This document shows, one piece after another, positions 18,688-26,246 of a DNA stretch of 37,179 bases; within the stretch, counting starts at the first letter, position 1, and each line of letters begins with the position of its first letter. Both the position numbers and the translations under genes were made by a program. The stretch lies in UHGV virus genome UHGV-0294517; one strand, given 5' to 3'. Below the pieces are notes generated by a model. The model was not told the origin of the DNA. It saw only the letters and a list, made by a program, of their open reading frames with translations, and ran no database searches. Source of the DNA: a virus.

Positions 18688-20014
18688 CTTCCACCTCTTC
18701 GATTAGGTATTTCATGTCACGTTCGATTGTGTATTCGAACGCATCCAAGCTGTCAATGTCAGTGCTGCCGTCATCCAAACGCTCATCTTTCCCGACAGCT
18801 TCTTTGTCCCAAACTGCATCCGAAAAAGCAGTTTGCAGAGATTCGCAGTCTTTTGTAATAAAAAACCGCCCAGCCCCCATGAGCTTGACGGTGCATCTGA
18901 TTCTGTCGTTTATAGGTCTTTTCTTTGCTGGTTTGACAGCTATCCACGGAAATTCCTTTTCCACGGCATTGCGGATAGAATTACCAAGGACGGTTTCTGC
19001 ATTGTCCCAGAATACGGACTCTACGTTACAATACTGTACATAGTCTCCACTCTTCACGCACACAGAGTAATCATCTATCACTTCTTGTACAAACTCGCAG
19101 AACAGCTTGTTCAGTCGATTACTGTCGATGTCCTCGTTTTCATCCTTAGCCATGACTCTTCTGGATTTTAAAGCAATCACGTCTCTGTAGTTGTCCGTAT
19201 ATCCTCTGGCAACGAATGAGTGACCAGATTGATTACCACCAAAGTCCAAGCCAATCTCGATTGATGTGATATCCTCTTTTCGGAATTGCTTATGCTCTGA
19301 TTCCTGCGAGAACTCATCCACGATTTCGCATTTGAACGCTTCTGGATTGTCAGCAAACCGCTTATAAATCGCTCCATCTGCTCGTTTCCATAAGCCAAGG
19401 ATGAGGCGGTCATAATAGATTGTACCCTCATATTCCTTGCAGAGTTGCTTAACAAATTCTGGATCCAGAAATGGATTATCAAATATCGTGTACTTTTGGA
19501 GATAGATGTCCAGCTCTACATTGTCGATGAACTCTTTGAGCCAGTGTGTCGGATGTTCTGGGTTGCAAGCTCCATCAAAACAGGAGTACGTCTTATCGAG
19601 ACGGGATTTCAGCATCTGGAACACCTCTTTGTTCCATTTTGCTATCTCATCTCCGTAGCAGTACTTAATGGATGCTCCCTGTATCTTTGCGACTTGGCTG
19701 ACCTTTTCCGCTCCGAGACAATAGACATCCTCTCCGCATACTCTTGCCACATTGCGGTTGTTAATGTTCCCGATTAGATCACTGGTATAGATTTCCCTCA
19801 TCGGTTGGAGTACGTTTCGCTCTATGGATTCTTTGGAGACACCCATGATTACATTTAAGCCGGGAAGTCCAGCTCTCTCTCGGATTCTTTTAGGCACGAT
19901 ATAAGCAGTGTCTACAAAAGACTTTCCAGAACGAACCGCTCCGGACTTGATATTCCATCTATGAGTTGCGTTTATGATGTATTCATTCTGTTTTTTGCTT
20001 AGCTGCATTGTCAT
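18680..20014 (-). CDS. terminase large subunit (PBSX/XtmB-like)
   Basis: Walker A GAVRSGKS near the N-terminus. 444 aa. C-terminal nuclease region. Confidence 0.9.
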   Translation of the reverse strand: MTMQLSKKQNEYIINATHRWNIKSGAVRSGKSFVDTAYIVPKRIRERAGLPGLNVIMGVSKESIERNVLQPMREIYTSDLIGNINNRNVARVCGEDVYCLGAEKVSQVAKIQGASIKYCYGDEIAKWNKEVFQMLKSRLDKTYSCFDGACNPEHPTHWLKEFIDNVELDIYLQKYTIFDNPFLDPEFVKQLCKEYEGTIYYDRLILGLWKRADGAIYKRFADNPEAFKCEIVDEFSQESEHKQFRKEDITSIEIGLDFGGNQSGHSFVARGYTDNYRDVIALKSRRVMAKDENEDIDSNRLNKLFCEFVQEVIDDYSVCVKSGDYVQYCNVESVFWDNAETVLGNSIRNAVEKEFPWIAVKPAKKRPINDRIRCTVKLMGAGRFFITKDCESLQTAFSDAVWDKEAVGKDERLDDGSTDIDSLDAFEYTIERDMKYLIEEVEDV

Positions 20015-20480
20015 GCAATCCTTTCAAGATTTCATCAAGCTTTTCAATTGCTGTTCTGTCCTCGTATTCCTGCTTATCTCTCCATTTGCCCGGTTTCCGA
20101 TTCTTAAGCCAGAAAATCTGCGCTGTTGTGTCTCCAGGTATATATACCTCATCCGTTGCTTGCACAAGTTTCTCTTTTTCGCATAATTTCCCATGCTCAT
20201 CGTAATACTTCTCTTTTACCTTAAAAGTTTTTCTTACTTCACGAGTGCCCCCGAGCGCTCTTTCGAACAATGAATTTTCCACTTGCCTATCAGCAACATC
20301 CTTATTCTTTTTTAGGACTGCCGAAAGTGCCGAATACTTATCCCTCCACGTTCTAAATGTAGAATAAGCAACCCCCATATTCTGAGCAATCTGCTCATCC
20401 GTTAGACCATCTCTAGCCCATCCCTCTATTTTTAGTAAGCCTTCCGGCTCTAGCCATTCCTGATATTTACCTTTTGCCAT
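19983..20480 (-). CDS. terminase small subunit (P27-type)
   Basis: 165 aa with an HTH-like stretch LTDEQIAQNMGVAYSTFRTWR. Start at M40 of the track ORF (AAGGTGGTGAG RBS). Overlaps the TerL start. Confidence 0.8.
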   Translation of the reverse strand: MAKGKYQEWLEPEGLLKIEGWARDGLTDEQIAQNMGVAYSTFRTWRDKYSALSAVLKKNKDVADRQVENSLFERALGGTREVRKTFKVKEKYYDEHGKLCEKEKLVQATDEVYIPGDTTAQIFWLKNRKPGKWRDKQEYEDRTAIEKLDEILKGLHDNAAKQKTE

Positions 20481-20641
20481 CCGACTCACCACCTTTAAAA
20501 CATAATAAAAGCACCCATCTCTGGATGCCAAGAATTTAGGACTACTGCTCGAAAGGATTGCAAATGCCAACAAAAACCAAAATAACCAAATACACAATCA
20601 AAATTTATAAGAAAAAGGAGGAACCTTGCAGTATTCCACAA

Positions 20642-20714
20642 CGGGTATAGCAGGACTCGAACCTGCGACACATCGGTTAACAGCCGATTGCTCTGCCAAC
20701 TGAGCTATACACCC
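20642..20714 (-). tRNA. tRNA-Asn (anticodon GTT)
   Basis: Full cloverleaf folded by hand, 73 nt. Acceptor stem 7 bp (one G-U). D-stem GCTC/GAGC. Anticodon stem ATCGG/CCGAT with loop CTGTTAA. T-arm GCAGG-TTCGAGT-CCTGC. Discriminator G. No encoded CCA. Confidence 0.9.
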
Positions 20715-20896
20715 GTAGGATGCCTTTTATTGACATCCTTTACCCTATCCGCGCTCGGGTACTGACACTAAATATAGATTGCTGAATCTATTTTTGTTTG
20801 TTTTGCAGATCTGCGGATATCTGCGTTTTGTGATATCACTCCGTAGCACTTCCACGGCATTCCGGATTTTTAATATTTACCGTGATATGCTACTAA

Positions 20897-20940
20897 ACCG
20901 TGTGCAGGGATCGAACCTGCTTGTCCCAACTGACCACGGC
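20897..20940 (-). pseudogene. tRNA-like minihelix / degenerate tRNA remnant (acceptor stem plus T-arm only)
   Basis: GCCGTGG ... GCAGG-TTCGATC-CCTGC-ACACGGT. A 6-bp acceptor-like stem and a canonical T-arm, but D- and anticodon arms are replaced by a 14-nt linker. Confidence 0.4.
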
Positions 20941-20982
20941 ATAGAAACACCGCCAGACAAGAAAGGGTAAAAGTCCGGCGGT
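20940..20982 (-). terminator. hairpin terminator candidate downstream of the late-activator gene
   Basis: A 9-bp stem CCGCCGGAC / GTCTGGCGG (one G-U) with a 14-nt loop, followed on the minus strand by TGTTTCT. Confidence 0.4.
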
Positions 20983-21062
20983 GTTCTGAATGTTTGGAAA
21001 GATTGTTTTAGAACAATATACAATCGTTCTAGGATAATTATAGCATAAGTAAAATATAAATG

Positions 21063-21485
21063 CTATAAATCTTTAAGCTGTGCGCTTATAATCTGCGATA
21101 CTCGCGCCTGGGTATATCCAATTTCATCTGCGACTTTTTGCTGGGTTTTCCCCTCAAGATAGTGCAACTCAAATATCTCTTTAATCTCCGGATCATCAAT
21201 CCCATTTATGTAGTCTTCGACTTCTTCTTGCTCTTTCAGGATCCGCAGCCTGTCCGCTTCTTTTCGCCTAATCTGCTGTCTTACATTCTCTTCTTCGTAA
21301 GGGTCATACATTTGTACAGATGTTCTCACTTCGGTGTACGGAAAATCTGCGCTGGATCCCGTTACCTTCCCCATGACAACAGTCGATTCCCGTTCACAGA
21401 GTTCTTGTATCTGGTTCTCAATCCGGATAAGTCTATCTTTGTTTGGCTTATACTTTTTCAGTGTTTTCTTGTCCAACTCAATCAC
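21063..21485 (-). CDS. late-gene transcriptional activator with a sigma-70 region-4-like HTH (ArpU/RinA-type position)
   Basis: C-terminal LEGKTQQKVADEIGYTQARVSQIISAQLKDL resembles sigma region 4. Located just upstream of the terminase genes. Confidence 0.7.
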   Translation of the reverse strand: MIELDKKTLKKYKPNKDRLIRIENQIQELCERESTVVMGKVTGSSADFPYTEVRTSVQMYDPYEEENVRQQIRRKEADRLRILKEQEEVEDYINGIDDPEIKEIFELHYLEGKTQQKVADEIGYTQARVSQIISAQLKDL

Positions 21486-21702
21486 CTCCCGGGATCCGCT
21501 CTTTTATGTTGTATTTCTCTGCTATGTACTCCACAGCGTCCTTATTCGCCCTCTCGCCGCCTTTAAAGTCGCAGGCAAAGGCTTTATGCCCCTTTTGCTT
21601 TAAAGCCGTCTCACAGGGCTTCCTCGTTGCCATAGTGTACGCTTCAATCTTTCGGATAACTCCTGCTGTCTCCTTTCTACGTTTCATGCTCTCTCTGGTC
21701 AT
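21478..21702 (-). CDS. hypothetical protein (74 aa)
   Basis: ORF overlapping both neighbours (coupled operon). Confidence 0.5.
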   Translation of the reverse strand: MTRESMKRRKETAGVIRKIEAYTMATRKPCETALKQKGHKAFACDFKGGERANKDAVEYIAEKYNIKERIPGGD

Positions 21703-22295
21703 GCCGTCACCTCAATTTTCTCTCCTGTCAGCTCTTCCAACTTCTGTCGCATTTCTTCCACTGTCATTTTCTTTGGTTCTTTGCGCTCCCAGATGAGTTC
21801 AAGGTTGCTTTTAATAAACACATCTTCTATGCGTCTGAGTGATTCCGGAGTAATCCTATAGACTTCAACGATGTCTCCTCCTGTATAATCTTCCCATTTC
21901 AAGTCATCATCATAACCGCCTATATTATTGCATCCGCCTTTTCTCACTGCCATCCCAGCCAATACAAGATACATGTTACCATCTCTTTGCTCAACTACCA
22001 TCCCATCTTCCAAATCTGCCTTGGTAAATTCTTTGTCCATGTAATCACTCCATTCTAAGATTTTATAATTGTACTTTTCCGCAAAATCACGAGTCGAATA
22101 TTCTCCGTTTCCGTAATAACACGTTCCTTCGTTGCGCATATAATTTGTATTTTTCAAATAACTTTTTCCGTTACACCACTTCATTCCATGTTCATGCATC
22201 TGCTTGCAGAAGTCTTTCGCTTCCTCCTCAGTCTTACAGTACACCGCAATCTTATTGTATTTATTTTTAAATTCTTTCCATTTAAACTTTTTCAT
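21699..22295 (-). CDS. hypothetical protein (198 aa)
   Basis: Clean ORF. No recognised family. Confidence 0.6.
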   Translation of the reverse strand: MKKFKWKEFKNKYNKIAVYCKTEEEAKDFCKQMHEHGMKWCNGKSYLKNTNYMRNEGTCYYGNGEYSTRDFAEKYNYKILEWSDYMDKEFTKADLEDGMVVEQRDGNMYLVLAGMAVRKGGCNNIGGYDDDLKWEDYTGGDIVEVYRITPESLRRIEDVFIKSNLELIWERKEPKKMTVEEMRQKLEELTGEKIEVTA

Positions 22296-22299
22296 CTTC

Positions 22300-22491
22300 C
22301 TACCTCACTATCTTTCGCACAATCCAATCCAAAAACACCACAAATAGCAGTATCGGAAATCCCGCAGCCATCAGGTAATCCGCACCTTCTAGTTTTACAT
22401 CCTCTTCCAATCCTGTCTTTAAAGTAATCACGGTTCCCAGCCCCAGGATGTAGTACAGAGCCAGGAATGCGATTGTGATTAAAATGTCCAT
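22300..22491 (-). CDS. small membrane protein (63 aa, two predicted TM helices)
   Basis: Start at M20 of the track ORF with a CAAGGAGGAATAGC RBS. Hydrophobic ILITIAFLALYYILGLGTVI and FPILLFVVFLDWIV. Confidence 0.55.
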   Translation of the reverse strand: MDILITIAFLALYYILGLGTVITLKTGLEEDVKLEGADYLMAAGFPILLFVVFLDWIVRKIVR

Positions 22492-22492
22492 G

Positions 22493-22882
22493 CTATTCCT
22501 CCTTGTATGGTTCTGGTAACGACTGATACGCCAAAATTCTTCCGTCATATATCCCGTAAGTCCAGTACCATAAATCCTCTTTAAATCTCATTCTCTTTAC
22601 CGGATATTCTTCATCGTCACACGTTACAAGATATACATCTTCTTTCTTAGGCATATTTTGTACTGAGTAAGGAATCCAGTCATTGTCTTTCTTGCTGTCT
22701 TCATATCCTTTCTGATACCATTTTCTTCGGCTGCATTCTCCGCACTTCTGGACTTCGTCCATGTGGGAACGAATGATTTCTTTTATCCATCTAATACTCA
22801 CATAATCATCACACATTCCGAATGATTCAAACTCTATCGCATGATCTTCAATCTCTTCCAAGATCTTCTCTAGTACGTTCAT
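22493..22882 (-). CDS. hypothetical protein (129 aa)
   Basis: AGGAGACGAAATAA-ATG RBS. A CGECSRRKW stretch. Confidence 0.6.
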   Translation of the reverse strand: MNVLEKILEEIEDHAIEFESFGMCDDYVSIRWIKEIIRSHMDEVQKCGECSRRKWYQKGYEDSKKDNDWIPYSVQNMPKKEDVYLVTCDDEEYPVKRMRFKEDLWYWTYGIYDGRILAYQSLPEPYKEE

Positions 22883-22995
22883 TTATTTCGTCTCCTATTT
22901 TTCTTATCCATAACACAATAACCTTTTTCGCAATAACATTCTGTTGATTTATAGTAGTTTTTATAATATTTGCATTTAATGCACTCTTTTTTCAT
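22879..22995 (-). CDS. Cys-rich mini-protein (38 aa; MKKECIKCKYYKNYYKSTECYCEKGYCVMDKKNRRRNK)
   Basis: GGAGGCGTAGTA-ATG RBS. Stop overlaps the next ATG (ATGA). Not in the track. Confidence 0.4.
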   Translation of the reverse strand: MKKECIKCKYYKNYYKSTECYCEKGYCVMDKKNRRRNK

Positions 22996-23088
22996 TACTA
23001 CGCCTCCAACAACTCTAGTTCCTCGATTTTATCCATTAAATCCATCTCAGGATAATTCTTTTTTGGATATCGTTGATATTTTCCACAT

Positions 23089-23247
23089 GGTTACTCCTCA
23101 TCACTTTCAATTCTCTCTAACCTTTCGTATCCATTCCATCCATGTTCTGCTCCACATTGTTTGATACAATAATAATCTTCGCCGCAACAATGATCGCATC
23201 TATTGCAATCTGGTTCTTCGTCATCTACTGTGTAAATTATTGTTTTC
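23089..23247 (-). CDS. Cys-rich mini-protein (52 aa; ...CNRCDHCCGEDYYCIKQCG...)
   Basis: GGAGGTAGAG-TG-ATG junction. Translated by hand. Confidence 0.45.
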
Positions 23248-23399
23248 ATCACTCTACCTCCAACAATCCCGCTTCTATAAATACACCTTCCAATAACTCG
23301 CTCATTTTATTAGTATCAATGGTAATCGGCTCACATGGAAACTCTTCCTGATTTCCACAGCACGCATACAATTTTGCAATTAAAATATCATATTTTTTC
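23247..23399 (-). CDS. mini-protein (50 aa) ending LLEVE
   Basis: GGAGGTGGAGTG-ATG junction. The C-terminus copies the YopX C-terminus. Confidence 0.45.
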
Positions 23400-23400
23400 A

Positions 23401-23463
23401 TCACTCCACCTCCAAATCACCATTATCTATTCTCTTTGCTTTAAAAAGGATTTCTCTATTCAT
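23401..23463 (-). pseudogene. YopX remnant: N-terminal 15 aa plus C-terminal 5 aa of YopX fused (MNREILFKAKRIDNGDLEVE)
   Basis: About 45 nt of near-identity to the 5' end of the intact YopX gene (24030-24075). The reading frame then jumps straight to the YopX C-terminus and stop. Confidence 0.45.
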
Positions 23464-23629
23464 CTTTTACCTCCACTTCATTATCGTATTTCATGCACTT
23501 TCCATCCTTGTACGCTATGCATTTCTCTTTAATGCACGGATGTAACACTGGTCTGACAAAATCTCCATTCCCAATAAACATTGCTTTTACCTCTTCTTTT
23601 CCCGTTAAATCAGGGCAAAATAAAATCAT
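23456..23629 (-). CDS. Cys-rich mini-protein (57 aa)
   Basis: ATG overlaps the YopX stop (GGAGGTGGAGTGATGA). Four Cys. Confidence 0.45.
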   Translation of the reverse strand: MILFCPDLTGKEEVKAMFIGNGDFVRPVLHPCIKEKCIAYKDGKCMKYDNEVEVKDE

Positions 23630-24075
23630 CACTCCACCTCCAACAGCTCTGGATTGTCAAAAATGTTTCCGATAACTTCCGTTCTATTTGGATTCCGATT
23701 ATATTTAAAAACATCGTTATTGGTGCATTTTTTATTTCCTCGTCCACATACTGCCCATGATCCCCTCCATTCGCTCCAAAACACAGCACCTACACGATAT
23801 TTTATCTCTTCGCCATCTTTTAAAAACGGACTTCCATCATAGTCATAACTATATCTGAGAATATCATTCTCCCAGATCTTCTTATCGTTTTTGTCGGTAA
23901 GTCCGGTGTACTGGCATAAAGTACTTGGAGCAATCTCGCATTTTAGTAATATATCTGGTAATTCTTTGCTAATTTTGTGTATTTCCACTTTTCCAGAAGG
24001 ATATGCAACAACATACCCTTCCACCCATTCTCCATTATCTTTTCTCTTTGCTTTAAAAAGTATTTCTCTGTTCAT
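23629..24075 (-). CDS. YopX-family phage protein
   Basis: N-terminal MNREILFKAKRKDNGEWVEGY and C-terminal IGNIFDNPELLEVE are family hallmarks. Start chosen at M9 of the track ORF (GGGAGAAAGAG RBS). Confidence 0.8.
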   Translation of the reverse strand: MNREILFKAKRKDNGEWVEGYVVAYPSGKVEIHKISKELPDILLKCEIAPSTLCQYTGLTDKNDKKIWENDILRYSYDYDGSPFLKDGEEIKYRVGAVFWSEWRGSWAVCGRGNKKCTNNDVFKYNRNPNRTEVIGNIFDNPELLEVE

Positions 24076-24077
24076 AA

Positions 24078-24233
24078 TTACTCTTTCTCCCATGACCAAT
24101 TAACCTGTTCCATAACCATATCTCTCATAGCTTCTTCGATTTCCTCATCAGTTACATCATCACCAAACTCTTCTTCAAATGTCATATTTGTTCCAGCAAA
24201 ACCATAATTTGCCTCCGCTTTTACTTTAATCAT
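24078..24233 (-). CDS. small acidic protein (51 aa)
   Basis: GGAGGGTGGAAGA-ATG. ATGA-coupled to the Lar-like gene. Confidence 0.5.
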   Translation of the reverse strand: MIKVKAEANYGFAGTNMTFEEEFGDDVTDEEIEEAMRDMVMEQVNWSWEKE

Positions 24234-24409
24234 TCTTCCACCCTCCTGTTCCATTTCCCTATAGCAGTTGTTTCTAAAGCACATCTTCGCGTTGCGACTC
24301 CGCATTCTTCGCAGTACACGAAAGCTGATATAACTTTTTCGTCAAATCCATAATGGATTTTCATTGTCGCTTCTCCACCACAAAACGGACATTTCTTTAA
24401 TTCTCCCAT
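24230..24409 (-). CDS. Lar-family restriction alleviation protein (zinc ribbon)
   Basis: MGELKKCPFCGGEATMK...VYCEECGVATRRCALETTAIGKWNRR matches the Lar-family pattern (CPFCGG ... C..CG ... AI..WNRR). ATG 24409 preferred over the GTG at 24418 (GGAG 8 nt upstream). Confidence 0.7.
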   Translation of the reverse strand: MGELKKCPFCGGEATMKIHYGFDEKVISAFVYCEECGVATRRCALETTAIGKWNRRVEE

Positions 24410-24424
24410 GTTACTCACTCCAAT

Positions 24425-24922
24425 CTAATTACGCATTCCTAATCTTCTACAAACAGTGTTATACCCACAGTCTAGTTTTTCAGCGATTTGATTGATTGTT
24501 AATCCCTTATTTCTAAGAAAAATCACATCTTCTTTTGCAACATCACTTCTTGAAACAATATGCTTCATCCTATCTCCAAAACTTCTTTTATATTCTTCTG
24601 AAACATATTGAACTAAATTATGTTCTTTCGTGTGTAATGATTTTTTAATTACTTGAAGATTAGAAATATTATTATTTAATTTATCTCCATCAATATGGTG
24701 AACATGAATTTCTGAACCAAAATTGAATCCAACAATATGTTTACCAATTATCCTGTGTACCGACACTTTGTCATGCTTTATCGAAATTCCAGCATACCCA
24801 CGATAAAGATAAATTTTATATTCCTCTTTAGGTGTAATATTTCTTCTACTGCATTCTTCTTCTATTGCTTTTTCTAAAATTGAATAATCTACTATGCAGT
24901 TACATGCGTTTTCAAATTTCAT
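24425..24922 (-). CDS. HNH endonuclease with C-terminal HTH (free-standing homing-endonuclease-like); AT-rich gene
   Basis: HNH motif VHHIDGDKLNNNISNLQVI...H. C-terminal GLTINQIAEKLDCGYNTVCRRL. By eye the locus is markedly AT-richer than flanking DNA. GGAGGTTTAA-ATG RBS. Confidence 0.8.
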   Translation of the reverse strand: MKFENACNCIVDYSILEKAIEEECSRRNITPKEEYKIYLYRGYAGISIKHDKVSVHRIIGKHIVGFNFGSEIHVHHIDGDKLNNNISNLQVIKKSLHTKEHNLVQYVSEEYKRSFGDRMKHIVSRSDVAKEDVIFLRNKGLTINQIAEKLDCGYNTVCRRLGMRN

Positions 24923-25289
24923 TTAAACCTCCGAAATCTAATCTCTGGCCGCACTTCAGACAGCATTCGTGCTCTTCTGCATGTCCATCAATAAAACATA
25001 TTGACTCTCTGCAACTTGGGCAAACGAAATAACCTAATTCATAGTCTACTTCTTCTGGCTTCTTCGCCGTATCACGCTCTTTCAGTTCCTGCATCTGCTC
25101 CAGCTGCTTTGCGCAATTGTTATATTGGTTCAAAATATCGCACACAAACCGTCCCATCTTGCACTCTGCGCATTTATCTTCCAGTTGCTCTCCGTTTAAC
25201 TGATCTGGATACTTGCACAGGTTGTCGCAGATATGCTCCATCATTTCCGTTGTGATCCCATCCATCCATGTTTCTTCTGTTTTCGCCAT
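24912..25289 (-). CDS. Cys-rich hypothetical protein (125 aa; multiple CxxC pairs)
   Basis: TAGGAGGAATGACTA-ATG RBS. CDNLC, CAECKMGRFVC, CPSCRESIC, CCLKCG. Confidence 0.6.
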   Translation of the reverse strand: MAKTEETWMDGITTEMMEHICDNLCKYPDQLNGEQLEDKCAECKMGRFVCDILNQYNNCAKQLEQMQELKERDTAKKPEEVDYELGYFVCPSCRESICFIDGHAEEHECCLKCGQRLDFGGLNEI

Positions 25290-25507
25290 TAGTCATTCCT
25301 CCTACACCTCATATCTTTACAAAAATACAATTCCGTCCCTCTCTTTGTCTTTACATACTCAAAATCTCCGATGATTTCCCGTCCACAGGAAGAACAGATA
25401 TGTACTTCATTTTTCTTCGGATTCTCTTTCTTTTTTTCATAGCCTGCTGTAAATACCTCCGCATTAATATCCGGTTTGGATTCGACATCGCCCTGTTGAG
25501 TCGGCAA
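25289..25507 (-). CDS. zinc-ribbon ORF (72 aa) with only a TTG start; possibly the C-terminal part of the upstream gene separated by a frameshift
   Basis: Protein-like sequence with CSSCG...C..C, but no ATG or RBS. It begins exactly where the overlapping 193-aa ORF turns Arg-rich and low-complexity. Confidence 0.35.
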   Translation of the reverse strand: MPTQQGDVESKPDINAEVFTAGYEKKKENPKKNEVHICSSCGREIIGDFEYVKTKRGTELYFCKDMRCRRND

Positions 25508-25932
25508 CTGGTCCGTACCCAGCCTTCGTGAAACTCCATGTAATTTGCGATTGTTCCAAAGATATCCTTAACCGAAGTTTCTTGTTTCTTTGACTCAGGC
25601 AGCATATCGTTATCCTTCAGGAAGTTTTTAAACGTTTCAATACTTGCATCGATTCCGCTCTCTTCGCTTATTGCTGCATAGATGTTCTGGATCGTAAGTC
25701 CGTATTCGATCATGCACTTAATTTCTCCCTTGTACGGTTCGTATTGTTTTCTTTTATTTTCCATTTTTCTTAACCACATCCTCTTGTTTGCTATTACCCT
25801 CTTTTTCACTTCTTTTCCAGTAATATCCTCAAGTACTCTGCAGATATGCTCATCCGTGCATCCGAGCTTTACCATCTCTTCGATCTGGAACTTGTAGGGA
25901 TCCAGAAAGTGTACTGGTCTACTCATTTTCAA
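25351..25932 (-). CDS. HTH-containing hypothetical protein; the last ~55 codons are probably out-of-frame read-through
   Basis: N-terminal 138 aa is protein-like (HTH-like LGCTDEHICRVLEDITGKEV). The tail after ...YMEFHEGW is R/K-rich junk overlapping the 72-aa ORF. Confidence 0.5.
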   Translation of the reverse strand: MKMSRPVHFLDPYKFQIEEMVKLGCTDEHICRVLEDITGKEVKKRVIANKRMWLRKMENKRKQYEPYKGEIKCMIEYGLTIQNIYAAISEESGIDASIETFKNFLKDNDMLPESKKQETSVKDIFGTIANYMEFHEGWVRTSCRLNRAMSNPNRILMRRYLQQAMKKRKRIRRKMKYISVLPVDGKSSEILSM

Positions 25933-26110
25933 CCTCTCTTTCCAGCCACTCTTTTTGGCTCTTGTACAAATTCAGGTATTTATCACGGTTTTCTTCGTAC
26001 AGATCGTTTTCTAAATCCTCATCTATTCTTGTAAGTATCATCTTCACTGCGGAGATTTCTGGTGTATCAATTTCTCCTGTTATGTTGTTTAAATGATCAT
26101 TGTTCGTCAT
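25919..26110 (-). CDS. hypothetical protein (63 aa, acidic)
   Basis: ATGA-coupled to the upstream small ORF. Confidence 0.5.
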   Translation of the reverse strand: MTNNDHLNNITGEIDTPEISAVKMILTRIDEDLENDLYEENRDKYLNLYKSQKEWLEREVENE

Positions 26111-26235
26111 TTCCCTCTCACCCTGTTCTTTCTCTTCCGCTTTGTGCTGCCGCGCGTAAACAAATCCATATTTCCGTGTCTCAATCCGGTAGGCTGTTTC
26201 CTGTAGACTCTAAAGCCGTATCTTTTTCTGTTCAT
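26107..26235 (-). CDS. small basic protein (42 aa, Arg/Lys-rich)
   Basis: GGAGGAGCAAG-ATG RBS. Translated by hand. Not in the track. Confidence 0.35.
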   Translation of the reverse strand: MNRKRYGFRVYRKQPTGLRHGNMDLFTRGSTKRKRKNRVRGK

Positions 26236-26246
26236 CTTGCTCCTCC

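Noticed and set aside
20895-20945. Second complete tRNA gene
   Set aside because: It has a T-arm and an acceptor-like stem, but no D-arm or anticodon arm can be formed, so it is reported only as a tRNA-like remnant.
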